In this document: piece after piece, positions 51,124 through 63,400 of the stretch
Numbering within the stretch: position 1 is the stretch's first letter
Layout of the letters: the number at the start of each line of letters is the position of its first letter
Assembly (NCBI RefSeq): GCF_006345805.1
Contig: NC_043002.1
Location: 44,144,001-44,208,000 of the forward strand
Origin: Octopus sinensis
Lineage: Eukaryota
Length of the DNA stretch: 64,000 nt
Direction: 5' to 3'
Translations under genes and position numbers: made by a program
The notes under the pieces: generated by a model
Seen by the model: the letters and a program-made list of their open reading frames with translations, nothing else
Database searches by the model: none
Told to the model about the DNA's origin: nothing

Positions 51124-51689
51124 GTATATATATGCATATATGGTTACAAGACGTCACAAAACATAAACATGAAATACGACGACAAACTTTTGTATGCAAA
51201 CAAGGAGAGAAACAAATGGAAAACAAGACAAGTAACAAAGAACATCCCTTCGTCAGTTGGCGGTTGTTTATCTACGCCACATTTCGAGCGAAGTACATAT
51301 ACATACTCTGCTAGCATAATCTTATACACATGTGTCAGGCGGTCATCAGCGAAAATACATCATATAGAGACTTATATATATGCTCCCTTGTGTACTATGT
51401 ACACACAGTTCAATAGATTTCGAAGATACAAAACAGTTTAAAGTGTGCAGCTTAGGGAGAGAACAAAAATCACCTAGAAAATACCAAAAAGAAAAAGGAG
51501 GAAAACAGTTAAGTAAAAGAAGAGGGAAGTGGGCGAAAAAAAGTAATAGAAAATAAGATGTGGAAAAAAAACAGTGAAAAGGAAACACTAAGTTGGATAT
51601 ACTCGAAACAATGCACAAATAGATAGTGGATGAATATACAATAATAATAATAATGATAATAATAATAATAATAAATATATATATATATA

Positions 51690-53368
51690 TTGATAAAACG
51701 GTAAGATAACAAAAGAAAGAGACCTCAATATTATGTAAATAGAGGAAATTTATCTATACAATAATATGTTACTTTACTCGGTAGTCAAGATAAAACTCTG
51801 AGTTTCAGATGCCGAAGTGGAAATCCACAACACCATCTCTTCGGTTATCTGGCTATTTGAAAACGTTATGAAAAAATACCGTTAAATAAAGGGAAATTGC
51901 TGTGTTATAACTCTGCTTGCCTGCGTACTTATACATCGCTCGCATTTTTCGTCATAAAAATTATATAAAAATACATAAAGAAATATATAAAAATATATAA
52001 AAATATATAAAATCTTCTTGGGACATAACATAGAAAGCATGTTCTATCTGTTTTCTTTAGGGGACCAAAAACGTAACAGAAATTTAGTCACATATGGGCA
52101 TGATCCGAAAAGTTCTGTCCTTGTATTTAGACATGTAGTAGGGTCTAAGCTGCTTTTCCAGACAAGCCATCTCTCCATGTCGCATAGACCGCACCTTCCG
52201 CTGCTGTTGGTATAGGGCTTACATCTGGCCAAAATCTTCTATTGTATGTTATAATCGACGCCTTTATCTCTTAAAGACCAAATATGATTAGATAATTGTG
52301 TCGCTTTTCTTTTGTTCCAGTGCCTAAAGCTCAAAGTGTGGTTATTGAACCTGGCCTTGAAATTACCCTCTGTAAGGCCCACGTATTTCTTCGTCGAAAC
52401 GGTGTCTTTAGTGGTTATAGAGTTTACGGTAGCTTCATATATGATGGTCTTGGACATGCAAGCTCCATTTAGCGGGCACAATTCTTTATTCCTGCATGAA
52501 CAACTGTTTTCTTGTTGTGTTTTTTGTATGTTATGTTTGATTATGTTTTTAAAATTGGTAGTTGAACTAAAACTAAGTTTTAAATTGTGTCTATTGAAGA
52601 GTTTCCTATAAGTATGGTTAACTGGAAAATGTCTATCTATCAGTGCTAGGAAATATTTACCTATATTGAAGGCCACATCGGGGAGTAAACCAGATGACCT
52701 TCCTATTTCTATTATTCCTTTTCCTTACTGTTGGGCTAGTGATAGGTGTATATTTTATTTTTTCGCTAAAACCACTATCTTTTAAAGCCTTATTATAAAC
52801 TGGGGCAACGCTATTGAAGATGTCCTTATCAGAGGAGAGGCTAGAAATCCTCTTACTCATATTTGGTCTTTAAGAGATAAAGGTGTCGATTATAACATAC
52901 AATGGAAGATTTTGGCCAGATGTAAGCCCTATACCAACAGCAGCGGAAGGTGCGGTCTATGCGACATGGAGAGATGGCTTGTCTGGAAAAGCAGCTTAGA
53001 CCCTACTACATGTCTAAATACAAGGACAGAACTTTTCGGATCATACCCACATGTGACTAAATTTCTGTTACGTTTTTGGTCCCCTAAAGAAAACAGATAG
53101 AACATGCTTTCTATGTTATGTCCCAAGAAGATTTTATATATTTTTATATATTTCTTTATGTATTTTTATGACGAAAAATGCGAGCGATGTATAAGTACGC
53201 AGGCAAGCAGAGTTATAACACAGTAATTTCCCTTTATTTAACGGTATTTTTTCATAACGTTTTCAAATAGCCAGATAACCGAAGAGATGGTGTTGTGGAT
53301 TTCCACTTCGGCATCTGAAACTCAGAGTTTTATCTTGACTACCGAGTAAAGTAACATATTATTGTATA
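51690..53368 (-). mobile_element. 5'-truncated Penelope-like element with GIY-YIG endonuclease and inverted pseudo-LTR
   Basis: ORF pieces SKRISSLSSDKDIF...RKVIWFTP and IIYEATV...KYVGLTEGNFKARFNNH (GIY-YIG-like); inverted arms 51755-52287 and 52857-53368. Confidence 0.9.
53268..53341 (+). ncRNA. Hammerhead-like fold in the Penelope arm (mirror copy at 51782-51855, minus strand)
   Basis: Stem I AGAUAA/UUAUCU, core CCGAAGA, stem II GAUG/CAUC plus one extra U, GAAA, palindromic stem III ACUC-A-GAGU, U17. Confidence 0.4.
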
Positions 53369-53384
53369 TATATAAAGGGTAAAG

Positions 53385-53702
53385 ACCCCCTTCGGTCATG
53401 AATGACCATGGGATTGCACCTAGAAAGTTACCCTCCTAGACACAAGTCCGGGCAAGGTTGTTTATGGAAGACCAGCAGTCGCCCATGCATACCAGCCTCC
53501 CCTCTCCACGCCACCAGTGTTATCCAAGGGAAAGACAAAGGTCGATACAGCTTGGCACCAGTGACGTCGCAACTCATTTCTACAGCTGAGTGAACTGGAG
53601 CAACGTGAAATAAAGTGCCTTGCTCAAGAACACAACACGCAGCCCGGTCCGGGATTCGAGCTCACAACCTCACGATCGTAAGCTCGACGCTCTAACCACT
53701 GA

Positions 53703-53707
<5 letters not shown>
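53385..53707 (-). mobile_element. tRNA-derived SINE family C
   Basis: Head atggctcagtggttagagcgtcgagcttacgatcgtgaggttgtgagctcgaatcccggacc with A and B boxes, followed by a gtgttgtgttcttgagcaaggcac core-like domain. Confidence 0.8.
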
Positions 53708-53784
<77 letters not shown>

Positions 53785-53786
<2 letters not shown>

Positions 53787-53940
53787 GTCTGTGCTTAGCG
53801 CTTCGGCAAAAGAGACCAGTAGAATGAGTACTAGGCTTACAAAGAATAAGTCGTGGGATCGAAATCTTCGATTAAAGCAAATTAAGGTGCTGCTCAAGCA
53901 TAGCTACTGACAAATGACTGAAACAAGTGAAAGAATAAAG
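53785..53940 (+). mobile_element. SINE family A, 3' module
   Basis: cttagcg.ttcggcaaaagagacc...aaatgactgaaacaagt. Confidence 0.7.
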
Positions 53941-53970
53941 GAATGCAAATTATGCACATATATTTTTGCA

Positions 53971-54060
53971 GGCGTAGAAGTGGCTGTGTGGTAAGTAGGA
54001 TTGAACCCGGAACCATGCGGTTGGTAGGCAAGCTACTTACCACACAGCCACTCCTACGCC
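53971..54060. repeat. Fold-back of a SINE A head (28-bp arms)
   Basis: 53971-53998 vs 54033-54060 are reverse complements, 27/28 identical. Confidence 0.85.
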
Positions 54061-54564
54061 TTCAGCAGCCGCAGAAGCAACACGTATTTGTTCGTCTCCC
54101 CGTGGCCATTAGGCACAACTTCACAAGCCAGCCCCTTACTTAACTCGTCCTGTCGAAAGACCCTTGTCCCACGTCCTGGTTTTGTTTTGTTGTTTATTAT
54201 TTTTTATTTTTATTTTTACCGTTATTGTTTTTACGTTTTTGTATTCTTATTGGTGTCACGTATTCTGTATTTTTGTTTATGTACTTCGTTCGTTTTCCGT
54301 CCTCGCGTTGTATACATTCGAAGCTTTCTTCCAGGGGATCTAATGCGCTTGGCTTAGATTTCCCTTGGCTGGCTGGCCATATCGGAGCAATCTCAAGATT
54401 AATCAGCCGAAATTGCTAAGATGATCTGGTTCTTGACTGATGACTGAGGGCTTCGAATGTCCCGTCCTGTGGTTCTTGTGTCGTCTCTGTGGTGTTTCAT
54501 GTTCTTGTCCATGTCTGTAATTATTTTTACTGTTTACCTATATATATATATATATGTTTTTCTG

Positions 54565-54770
54565 TGTGTTTGTGTATCTGTGTTTGTCCCCCTCCCCAAC
54601 ATCACTTGACAACCGATGCTGGTGTGTTTACGTCCCCGTAACTTAGCGGCTCGGCAAAAGAGACCGAAGTACTAGGCTTACAAAGAATAAGTCCTGGGGT
54701 CGATTTGGTCGATTAAAGGCGGTGCTCCAGCATGGCCGCAGTCAAATGACTGAAACAAGTAAAAGAGAGA
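54565..54770 (+). mobile_element. SINE family A, 3' module
   Basis: Near-consensus right module and tail, then (GA)n. Confidence 0.85.
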
Positions 54771-54806
<36 letters not shown>

Positions 54807-55154
54807 ATATATACTCGCACACTCAGAATAAGCATGCGGTTTTGTAGGTCGTAAGATAACACTGGCTGAAACAATAGGACATTTTAGGGTGTGGGAGGAG
54901 AAAATAGGTAGGCGTTAATAGAAATATTACAAATTAGAAAACTGCACGTGTTTATAGCTTGGAGTTGCTAGAAATATCGAAGCTTGGAATAATAAACTTA
55001 GAAACAACACCTTTAAAATATTCGTGTAGTAAAAGAGTAGAGGAAACTAAAAGGAGTGGCAACTGGATGGGCGTAGAGAAGGAAATGGATGAGATAGAAC
55101 TGAATACTGTTTAACGTATTCAAAGTTAATAATTTATTATTTATATATTTTTTC

Positions 55155-55185
<31 letters not shown>

Positions 55186-55446
55186 CACATATATACATAT
55201 ACATAAATAAATGTATTTATATATATGTATAGATATATGTATATATATATTCTTGTGTATACATATATATACACACACAAACATATATATATATATACAC
55301 ATACATATTCATTTATACATACATACTTATGTATGTATGTATGTATATACATGTATGTATGTGAGTTTGTGTTTGCATATGCATATATACAGATATATTT
55401 TCAAAAATATGTATTTATATACATATTTATATTTTCTTATATACAA

Positions 55447-55490
<44 letters not shown>

Positions 55491-55868
55491 ATACACCCCC
55501 ATTAATTATTTATATATATATGATAGGGGTCTATTGTCGAATGTATGTATATGTGTATATATCTTCATATGTTTGTATGCGTGCTTATGTGTGAAGTATA
55601 TTAAAATATTTGACATTTCAGAATATCTGCGATACTGCGAGAAACAATCGGTTAAACGTATTATGCTGAAAAAAGATAAACTCGAATAGAATATTTTACA
55701 TGAGATATATATATACTCGTCTTATCGAGTCTTCGTTATTGTTGACGATGAGAAAGACAACATATGACTGTTCGTTATTGTTTATGGAATATATTCTTTT
55801 TATATTGCACATAGGATGGAAGCAAATGTGGATTACAGCGATATGTATATTTTAGGTTTCAGGTGTTA

Positions 55869-56337
55869 AATCTGCAGTTTATATTCAAATGTCGAAAATT
55901 TTCAAGAGAGATGGCATGTAAAAGTACAATATTTAAGTGCCTTAATTATATGATAATTGACTCGATAGACTTAAAGTTATTTATACTTCTATGATTGCGA
56001 ATTCAAATATATTAGGAGATAAGGGATTTATTTCTTCTTTGTAAGGTGGCGAGCTGGCAGAATCGTTATCGTGTCGGAGAAAATACTAACGGGTATTTCT
56101 TCCGACTCTGTACCTTCCGAGTTCAAACTCTTAAGGCGTCAGCATTTCGCGGTCGAAAAAATGGTTATCTCTTGAGCACTGCGGTAGGTGTAGTCGACTT
56201 AACACTACACACCAAAATTTCAGGCTTTGTGCCTAAAACAAAGAATTATTCCTTCTTTGTTAGGCGACGAGCTGGAACTAGTTGTCAAGCAGTGGCCGAG
56301 AGACAACGGAAACACAATAAAATACACGCACACTTAA

Positions 56338-56395
<58 letters not shown>

Positions 56396-57724
56396 ATGTA
56401 TATATATACACACACACACACATACATACGTACCTGCATACACACACAAACACACACGCACACATACACACACACACACACACACACATTTCATTCTTTG
56501 ATTTCCTTTTCCTCTACTTAACTTGTCTCTTCCTCTCTCTCATTCTTCACTCTCTCTCTGCCCCTCTCCATTCTTCATGGTTTCCTCGCAGCCATTCCCC
56601 TTCTTCTCTCCCTTTCTCTTGCTCCTCCTCCCCCCTTCCCGTCGTTCACCCGCGACGAGACTTCCGCTGTTGTCTTTCTGGCCTGGCCCTCTCAAGGTAA
56701 TGGATGACAATTCTTTTTGCTCCGCTCGTCGTTCATAAAAAATTCCGCGTTCGCAATACTTTTTTTCGTTCGGCGTTAACAGCCCTTCTTATCTTGTTTT
56801 TCCTTGTCCTGTATTTTACTGTTTATAATTTGTGCTGTCGTTACTGTCCTGTTTTTGTTACCATTTTTTACCCCTCTGCGAAAAGATCTCAGAATTTTAA
56901 TTGATTTGCTTTTCGCAGGAAGGAAAGTTTCTTGTCGAAGATACGTCTCGCTTTTATCCTTCGAAACGTAGAGTAGATGAAACCATAGCGACTGAAGAAG
57001 GGTTTTTTTTTTCCTGGTGTTAATTGTCCTGTACTCTATTTTTTTGTTGTTTAAAAAAAATGTCCAGTTCCTTTGGTTTGTGTCTATGTTTTCGTTTCTT
57101 ATTGTGTTCGATGTCCTTTTGGTGTCCTGTACTCATATATGCGTGTATATGTACATATAGAGGTAGGTACGTACATATATGTTTATATATATGCATATGT
57201 TTTATTTTATTTATTAATATATATATATATATATATATATATGAGTCAGAAAGAGTTATGTGCGCATGTATGTGTGTATGCCTGTGTGTGCATACACACA
57301 CACATGTATATATAAGTATATATACTATTTTTAAAACTCTTTTACTTGTTTCAGTCATTTGACTGCGGCCATGCTGGGACACCACCTCTAGTCGAACAAA
57401 TCGATCCCAGGACTTATTCTTTGTAAGCCTAGAACTTATTCTATATTTCTATTTTGCCGAACCGCTCAGTTAATCTGCAGTTTATATTCAAATATCGATA
57501 ATTTTCAAGAGAGATGGCATGTAAAAGTACAATATTTAAGTGCCTTAATTGTATGATAATTGACTCGATAGACTTAAAGTTATTTATACTTCTATGATTG
57601 CGAATTCAAATATATTAGGAGATAAGGGATTTATTTCTTCTTTGTAAGGTGGTGAGCTGGCAGAATCGTTATCGTGTCGGAGAAAATACTAACCGGTATT
57701 TCTTCCGACTCTGTACCTTCCGAG
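55869..57724 (+). repeat. 253-bp direct duplication (55869-56121 and 57472-57724)
   Basis: Two near-identical copies made of an AT-rich flank plus a family B SINE head. Confidence 0.9.
56043..56160 (+). mobile_element. SINE family B head
   Basis: aaggtggcgagctggcagaatcgtta...gagttcaaactc. Confidence 0.65.
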
Positions 57725-57790
57725 GTACACGCCAAAATTGGTTGTCAAGCGATAATGGTGGTGAACAAACATAGACACACAAACACGAAA
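57335..57790 (-). mobile_element. SINE family A right module, interrupted by the 253-bp duplicate
   Basis: ...gccgaaccgctcagt [insert] gtacacgcc...ggttgtcaagcgat...aacaaacatagacacac. Confidence 0.7.
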
Positions 57791-57794
57791 GCAT

Positions 57795-59369
57795 TTGCCA
57801 ATATGTACCATCTTCACCATCTCTAACAGCAAATTCCATAACAACTATGGAATTTACACCTGCAATGCTGCAACGTCACCTTCAAAATAAGCGCAACTAT
57901 GCCTCCCCTGGTCTTGATGAAGTTACATACCTGCTTCTCAAACGTGGCAGGTACTTCCTTTTACACCAGCTTTCTATTTTTTTCCAGTACTGTCTCAACA
58001 ATGGTGCTACTCCGGAGCAGTGGAAAACTGCCAGTGTCATTCCTCTGTTCAAAAAGGGCGACCGTACAACACCTGTCAACTATCGCCCAGTCAGTCTCAC
58101 TAGCTGTATTGCAAAACTGATGAAATCGTGTGTCAGAGAAACACTTTGGAACTTCTGGAGCTCTCACAGTCTCATCCGACCCTCACAATATGGATTTGTC
58201 CCTAACTCCAGCTGCAGTGATCAGCTTGTCGAGTTCCTTGAGGACATTACTCAGATCACTGATAGTGGCACATGGGTGGATGTTGTCTACCTTGACTTTG
58301 CTAAGGCTTTCAACTTTGTGCCATGGTGAAACTCTCTGCAATGGGTGTGAGGGATGATCTTTTTAACTGGTTGAAATCATTCTACACCATATGAGATGTC
58401 ATCGGGTGTACCACAGGGATCTGTCCTTGGTCCCCTCTTGTTTGTGGCATACATTAATGACATAGATGCCAATTTAAAGAATTCCACAGTATTGAAATAT
58501 GCAGACGACATCAAGCTGTACTTTGAACTCAAGTGGACAGATCCTGTTGTCTACAGCTCTTTCCTGCAATCAGACCTGGACACAATGCAGCAATGGATCA
58601 CAGACTGGCAACTGAAACTGGCTGTGGACAAGTGTACCACCATGCATTTTGGGAGAACAAACCCTGCGTCCACATACTCCCTCCACAACACTGATATCAA
58701 GAAATCCTCTTGCGAGCGTGACCTAGGCATCACTGTCAGCAGTGATTTGCGTCGGACAAAGCATATCTCTAAAATTGTCAAGAAGGCCGAGGGTGTCTTG
58801 GCATCACTCAGCAAGACTTTTGTTAGCCGCTCTCCAGCCATCTATTTAAAACTGTATACAGCTATGGTACGACCACACTTGGAATTCGCATCATCAGTTT
58901 GGAACCCCTATCTTGCTCAGAACATTGACCTCCTGGAATCTGTTCAGAGACGTGCAACCAAACGCATACCCTCCATCAGACACCTACCATACTCTGAGCG
59001 CCTTGTTTCCCAGAGCATGGATTCACTGAAGCTCCGGCGTCTGGCGATAGACTTGGTAAACACCCACAAAGTTATCAACCACCTCACCAACAACAACACT
59101 GAACACCTTTTTGATCTTCATGTGTCTAACACACGTGGACATGCCTACAAAGTCAGAAAACAACACTGCTCCCATGACTTTCGGAAACATTTTTTCACGC
59201 TCAGAGTTGCTGAAGCATGGAACAAACTGCCTGCGTCAGTTGTTGACTGCCATGACACTGCATCCTTTAAAGCCCTCATGCTTTCCGAAATCCGCCGAAA
59301 CTACACCTGACTATACATACACTTTAGATGAGTTGTAGTGCACCTGAGCACTGTACACAATGTTTTTAA

Positions 59370-59370
<1 letters not shown>
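57795..59370 (+). mobile_element. 5'-truncated CR1-clade LINE
   Basis: PGLDEV, NYRPVSLTS, VVYLDFAKAF, SGVPQGSVLGPLLF, KYADDIKL, RDLGI, LESVQRRATK, RGHAYK, RKHFF..RV..AWNKLP; ends in an (ATT)n tail. Confidence 0.92.
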
Positions 59371-59429
<59 letters not shown>

Positions 59430-59445
59430 CATTATTATTATTATT

Positions 59446-60922
59446 CAGTAGTTTTATTTTTATAGCGTGCTTTCACTTCACTACCGAGCACAGCTCTGTG
59501 TGCCTTGGGTATGTGCTGTGATTTGTTGTGATGCTCTGATGGTTATTGTATGGAAAGTGTTCTGCGTAGGATGTGTGCATTGCCTAGTAGTGCAATTTTC
59601 TGTATGTTATATGTGTTTGTAAGTCCTGGTGTTTTTGTTATGTATTTGTCTGAATATTTTTTTATCATGCCTAATGCACCTACTATGATAGGAATTGTTT
59701 CTGTTTTCAGATTCCACATTCTAGTTACCTCTATTTCCAGGTCTTTGTATTTTGAGAGTTTCTCCATTTCTTTTAGAGACACGTTGTCATCAGCCGGTAT
59801 TGATACATCAATTAGAAAGTATTTTTTTTCTTCATGATCTCTGACAACTATATCTGGTCTGTTGGCCTTAATTTCTCTATCTGTGTGTATCGGCATATCC
59901 CAGAGTATGGTTGCTTTCTCGTTTTCTGTGACCTTTTCTGGTGTGTGCCTATACCATCTTTTTTCTGTTGTTATTTCATAATGTTGGCATAGCTTCCAAT
60001 GTATGTAGGTTCCAACTCTGTCATGTCTGTGAATATATTCCTTCTTAGCCAAGATTGGGCAGCTAGAGATAATATGATTTATTGTTTCTTGTCCATCTCC
60101 ACATATTCTGCAGTTACTTGTAATATTTCTTTTCATTACATGTTTTTGGTAATTTCTGGTGGGGAGGCTTTGGTCTTGTGCTGCAATTAAAAATCCCTCT
60201 GTTTCTGCTTTGAGTCCTGAGCTTCTCAACCATTGCTGGGATTTTTCTTTGTCTATTTCTTTTGCGTTTAGTTTAGTGCAGTATTTACCATGAAGGGGCT
60301 TTTCTTGCCATCGTTTTATCATGGTTCGTTGCTGTTCTATTTTTAGTTTGGATTTCATTTGTTTTATAGCTTTTGTTGTTTCTTCAGCTTCTTCTTCTTC
60401 ATGTTTATTAGGTGGTATGATTTCTTGTTTGTATTTGTCAGCTTCCTTAAATACTGAGAACAGTTTTTTGTTTTGCTCGTGTTTTGCCGCTATCTGGATC
60501 AGTTTTCCTTCCTTCTGAAGTAGATATTTTTGCAGTCCTATGGTGGTTATTTTATAGTAGTTTTCCAGCTGTATAAGGCCTCTACCACCTTCTATACGTT
60601 GTATATATAGTCTTTCTATGTCAGATTTTGGGTGATGCATCCTAGATCCTGTCATTATTTTTCTTGTTTTCCTATCTATTTTGGTCAGTTCATTTCGTGT
60701 CCGGTTAAGGATATTGTAGCTGTAACTTATAACTGGGACAGCTAAAGTGTTGATACCTATTATCTTGTTTTTAGCATTGAGCTCTGTGTTTAGTATTGAT
60801 CTAACTCGTCTATAATATCTTTTTTTATTTTCTCTTTCATTTGTGTGTGTTGTGTCTTATCTAGTTCATGGATTCCTAAGTATTTGTAAGTTTGGCTTTG
60901 GTCTAATTCTTTTATTTCATTC

Positions 60923-60925
<3 letters not shown>
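59446..60925 (-). mobile_element. 5'-truncated R4/Dong-like non-LTR element with restriction-like endonuclease
   Basis: YKYLGI (RT end; 1-bp frameshift near 60820), LHGKY, KAETEGFLIAAQDQ, CRICGDGQETINHIISSC (CCHC), RPDIVV...LIDVSIP, EKLSKYKDL; (TTA)n at both ends (59370-59445 and 60925-60983). Confidence 0.92.
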
Positions 60926-60983
<58 letters not shown>

Positions 60984-61003
60984 TTTATATCCTTTCCACT
61001 GTT

Positions 61004-61200
61004 AAGGCGGCGGTCTGGCAGAATCGGTAGCACGCCGGGCAAAATGCTTATCGGCATTTCGTCCGTCTTTACGTTCTGAGTACAAATTCTGGCGAAGTCG
61101 ATTTTACCTTTTATCATTTCGGGACCGATAAAATAATAGTTGTAATCGACGATGAAATAACAGATGAATACAGGGCTCAATATAATCGAGTTAGCCCCCT
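61004..61200 (+). mobile_element. SINE family B
   Basis: aaggcggcggtctggcagaatcggtagcacgccgggcaaaatgctt... Confidence 0.75.
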
Positions 61201-61264
61201 CCTCCGAAATTATTGACCTTAGTCGAAAATTTGAAGCCTATATCGTTTTCACTCTTCTGATGTA

Positions 61265-61580
61265 TTACTCTTTACTCTTTTGCTAGTTTCAGTCATTTGA
61301 CTGCGGCCATGCTGGAGCACCACCTTTAATCGAGCAACTCGACCCTGGGACTTATTCTTTTGTAAGCCCAGTACTTATTCTATCGGTCTCTTTTGCCGAA
61401 CCGCTAAGTAATGGGGACATAGACACGCTAGCATCGGTTGTCAAGCAATGCTAGGGGGACAAACACAGACACACAAACACACACACACGCATATATATAT
61501 ATATATATATACATATACACGACGGGCTTCTTTCAGTTTCCGTCTACCAAATCCACTCACAACGCTTTGGTAGGCCCGAA
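61265..61580 (-). mobile_element. SINE family A, lacking the head
   Basis: Tail, right module, linker and part of the left module. Confidence 0.85.
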
Positions 61581-61699
61581 CTGTGTGGTTGGTAAACAAG
61601 CTACTTTATTTCATAAAATTTGTCATACAGACAGTACAAAGATTGTGTAGATTTGCGGACTGGACAAGCACATTAATGAATGAAAATGAAATAAAATGA

Positions 61700-63400
61700 A
61701 TAAATGAGAGACGAAACCCAACACCCGCCGATTGGATTTGTCTCGAAAAGCTATTTTCGTTTTTTTTTTACAAATCAATATGAGGTTTCAAACCTCTTAC
61801 AAGAAGGAGACACTAAAACCTCTTACAAGCTACTTTCTTTCATTTAATTTTCCACAAGGGCAGCACATAGATTTACAACAATTCTCCTTGTCAGGTCCCC
61901 CAAGCAAAGTGACTTGCCGCCTGCAGACAACTCTGCAACAAGTCGGGTCCTGCAAAGAGGAAAGCAAATTCTTTCTTGTCAAATGTTTTCCGTTACTACC
62001 TCCGTAGCCACCTGCGTAGGCCATAACGGACTATCTGGGCAGACCGTGTACACACGTTCTCGGTCACCCAAACGTCCAAAATTTTTTTCACCTTCCCTCC
62101 CTCGTGGTAAAGGAGGATAAACACCTCCTCTTCACAGGAAGGGACTTCACACTACTCCATCACACATCCCACTGACGGAGCCCTATCCGCAGGTGGTACA
62201 CATCCCACCTGCGACTCCGTCGGCGGCCTAGGAACATCCGCCGACCGCCCTGTGTTCCTCTTTTTCCTCTTTCTTTTTGAGGCTGCGGGAGCAGGGGGCT
62301 GCGTTGACAGACGCGGTGTGTCGCTACCCTCCTCCGCCGCCTGTACATTCTTTGGTGAGCAACCATTGTTGCTCACCTCTCTTTTTCTTTTGGTGGAGGC
62401 AACTTCCTCCACGACTTCCACCGTCCCCCCTCCAATGAAGGGGCGGCGAGCACTTTCTCTTTTTCATGCTGCAGGGTCTTACCACGGCCCTTGGTACAGT
62501 TTTTCCTGATATGGCCAGGCTCCAGACACAGGTGACACTTGGGGGGGGCGTCCCTCAAGTATCACCGGGTACCTGTACCCGGCCAGTTTTAAGAAGTCTG
62601 GGAATGTTATATCTCCCACCGCCACCGGGGTCCACAGGGTCAAAGTTGCCTTTGACCCCTCCCAGTCGACCGCAGGAGCAACATCCACCCTCAATAGCCC
62701 GGGCCCGCTATCCCCCAGGCCTCGCCGGATGGTATCTTCGATCCATCCCGCCTTCGTGCCCGGGGGCAGCCCGTATACCCAGGCTCTTTTTATCTTCCTC
62801 CCACAATACGTGGGGAGAAACAAAATTTCATTCCCCTCAAGGGGCTCGCTGGCAAATTTGTCAGCCTCCTCGGGGGTACCAAACAGCAACCAGACCGTTG
62901 CAATTTTGGTCCCCCGTGATATAAATTTTATAGTTGGCAGGTAGTCTGCCAACTCTCTCTCTATTATGCTCTTATCGAAGAGGGCGATGGCACCACGTGA
63001 CCTAGAATAGGTTCGTAGCACCACCGTCCTCTTCTCAAGATCTTTAATCCACTGCTTGGGTGGGACTACCTCCCACTCCAAAGCAGCGGCACCGTTTGTT
63101 TTTGCCATGTGCAAAAAAAAAATCGTTTTTTCCTGTGACTGGTAAAAGAAATCCAATAAATCCAAACACAATACTGGCCACAGCCAATGGTAACTGCAAC
63201 TGTAACAGATTCTAATCATTCGGGCGAGTTATCAAAAAAATTCACAATAGATTCACGAAACAGCAGCCGCCGAGAGCAGGCAGAATTGTCACGGAGCTGG
63301 GCGAAATTTATCAACACCCAACCAATTACTATTTGACAAACTACACCCAGCTCAACCGTAAACAAATCCACCTACCTCTACGGTCTTATGCTGATGTTGT
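61700..63400 (-). mobile_element. L1/Tx1-like ORF1 (gag-like, CCHC knuckle) with 5' UTR; no ORF2 follows
   Basis: 246-aa ORF 62479-63219 continues after a frameshift in a C-run into CHLCLEPGHIRKNC, then a basic, low-complexity tail. Confidence 0.65.

Noticed and set aside
54428-54460. CTGATGA...GAATGTCCCGTC in a Penelope-like terminal repeat
   Set aside because: GAAA and stems II and III do not form; degenerate at best
62540-62550. Programmed frameshift at the C-run before the CCHC knuckle
   Set aside because: Not a canonical X XXY YYZ slippery site, and further frameshifts follow; a homopolymer indel is more likely
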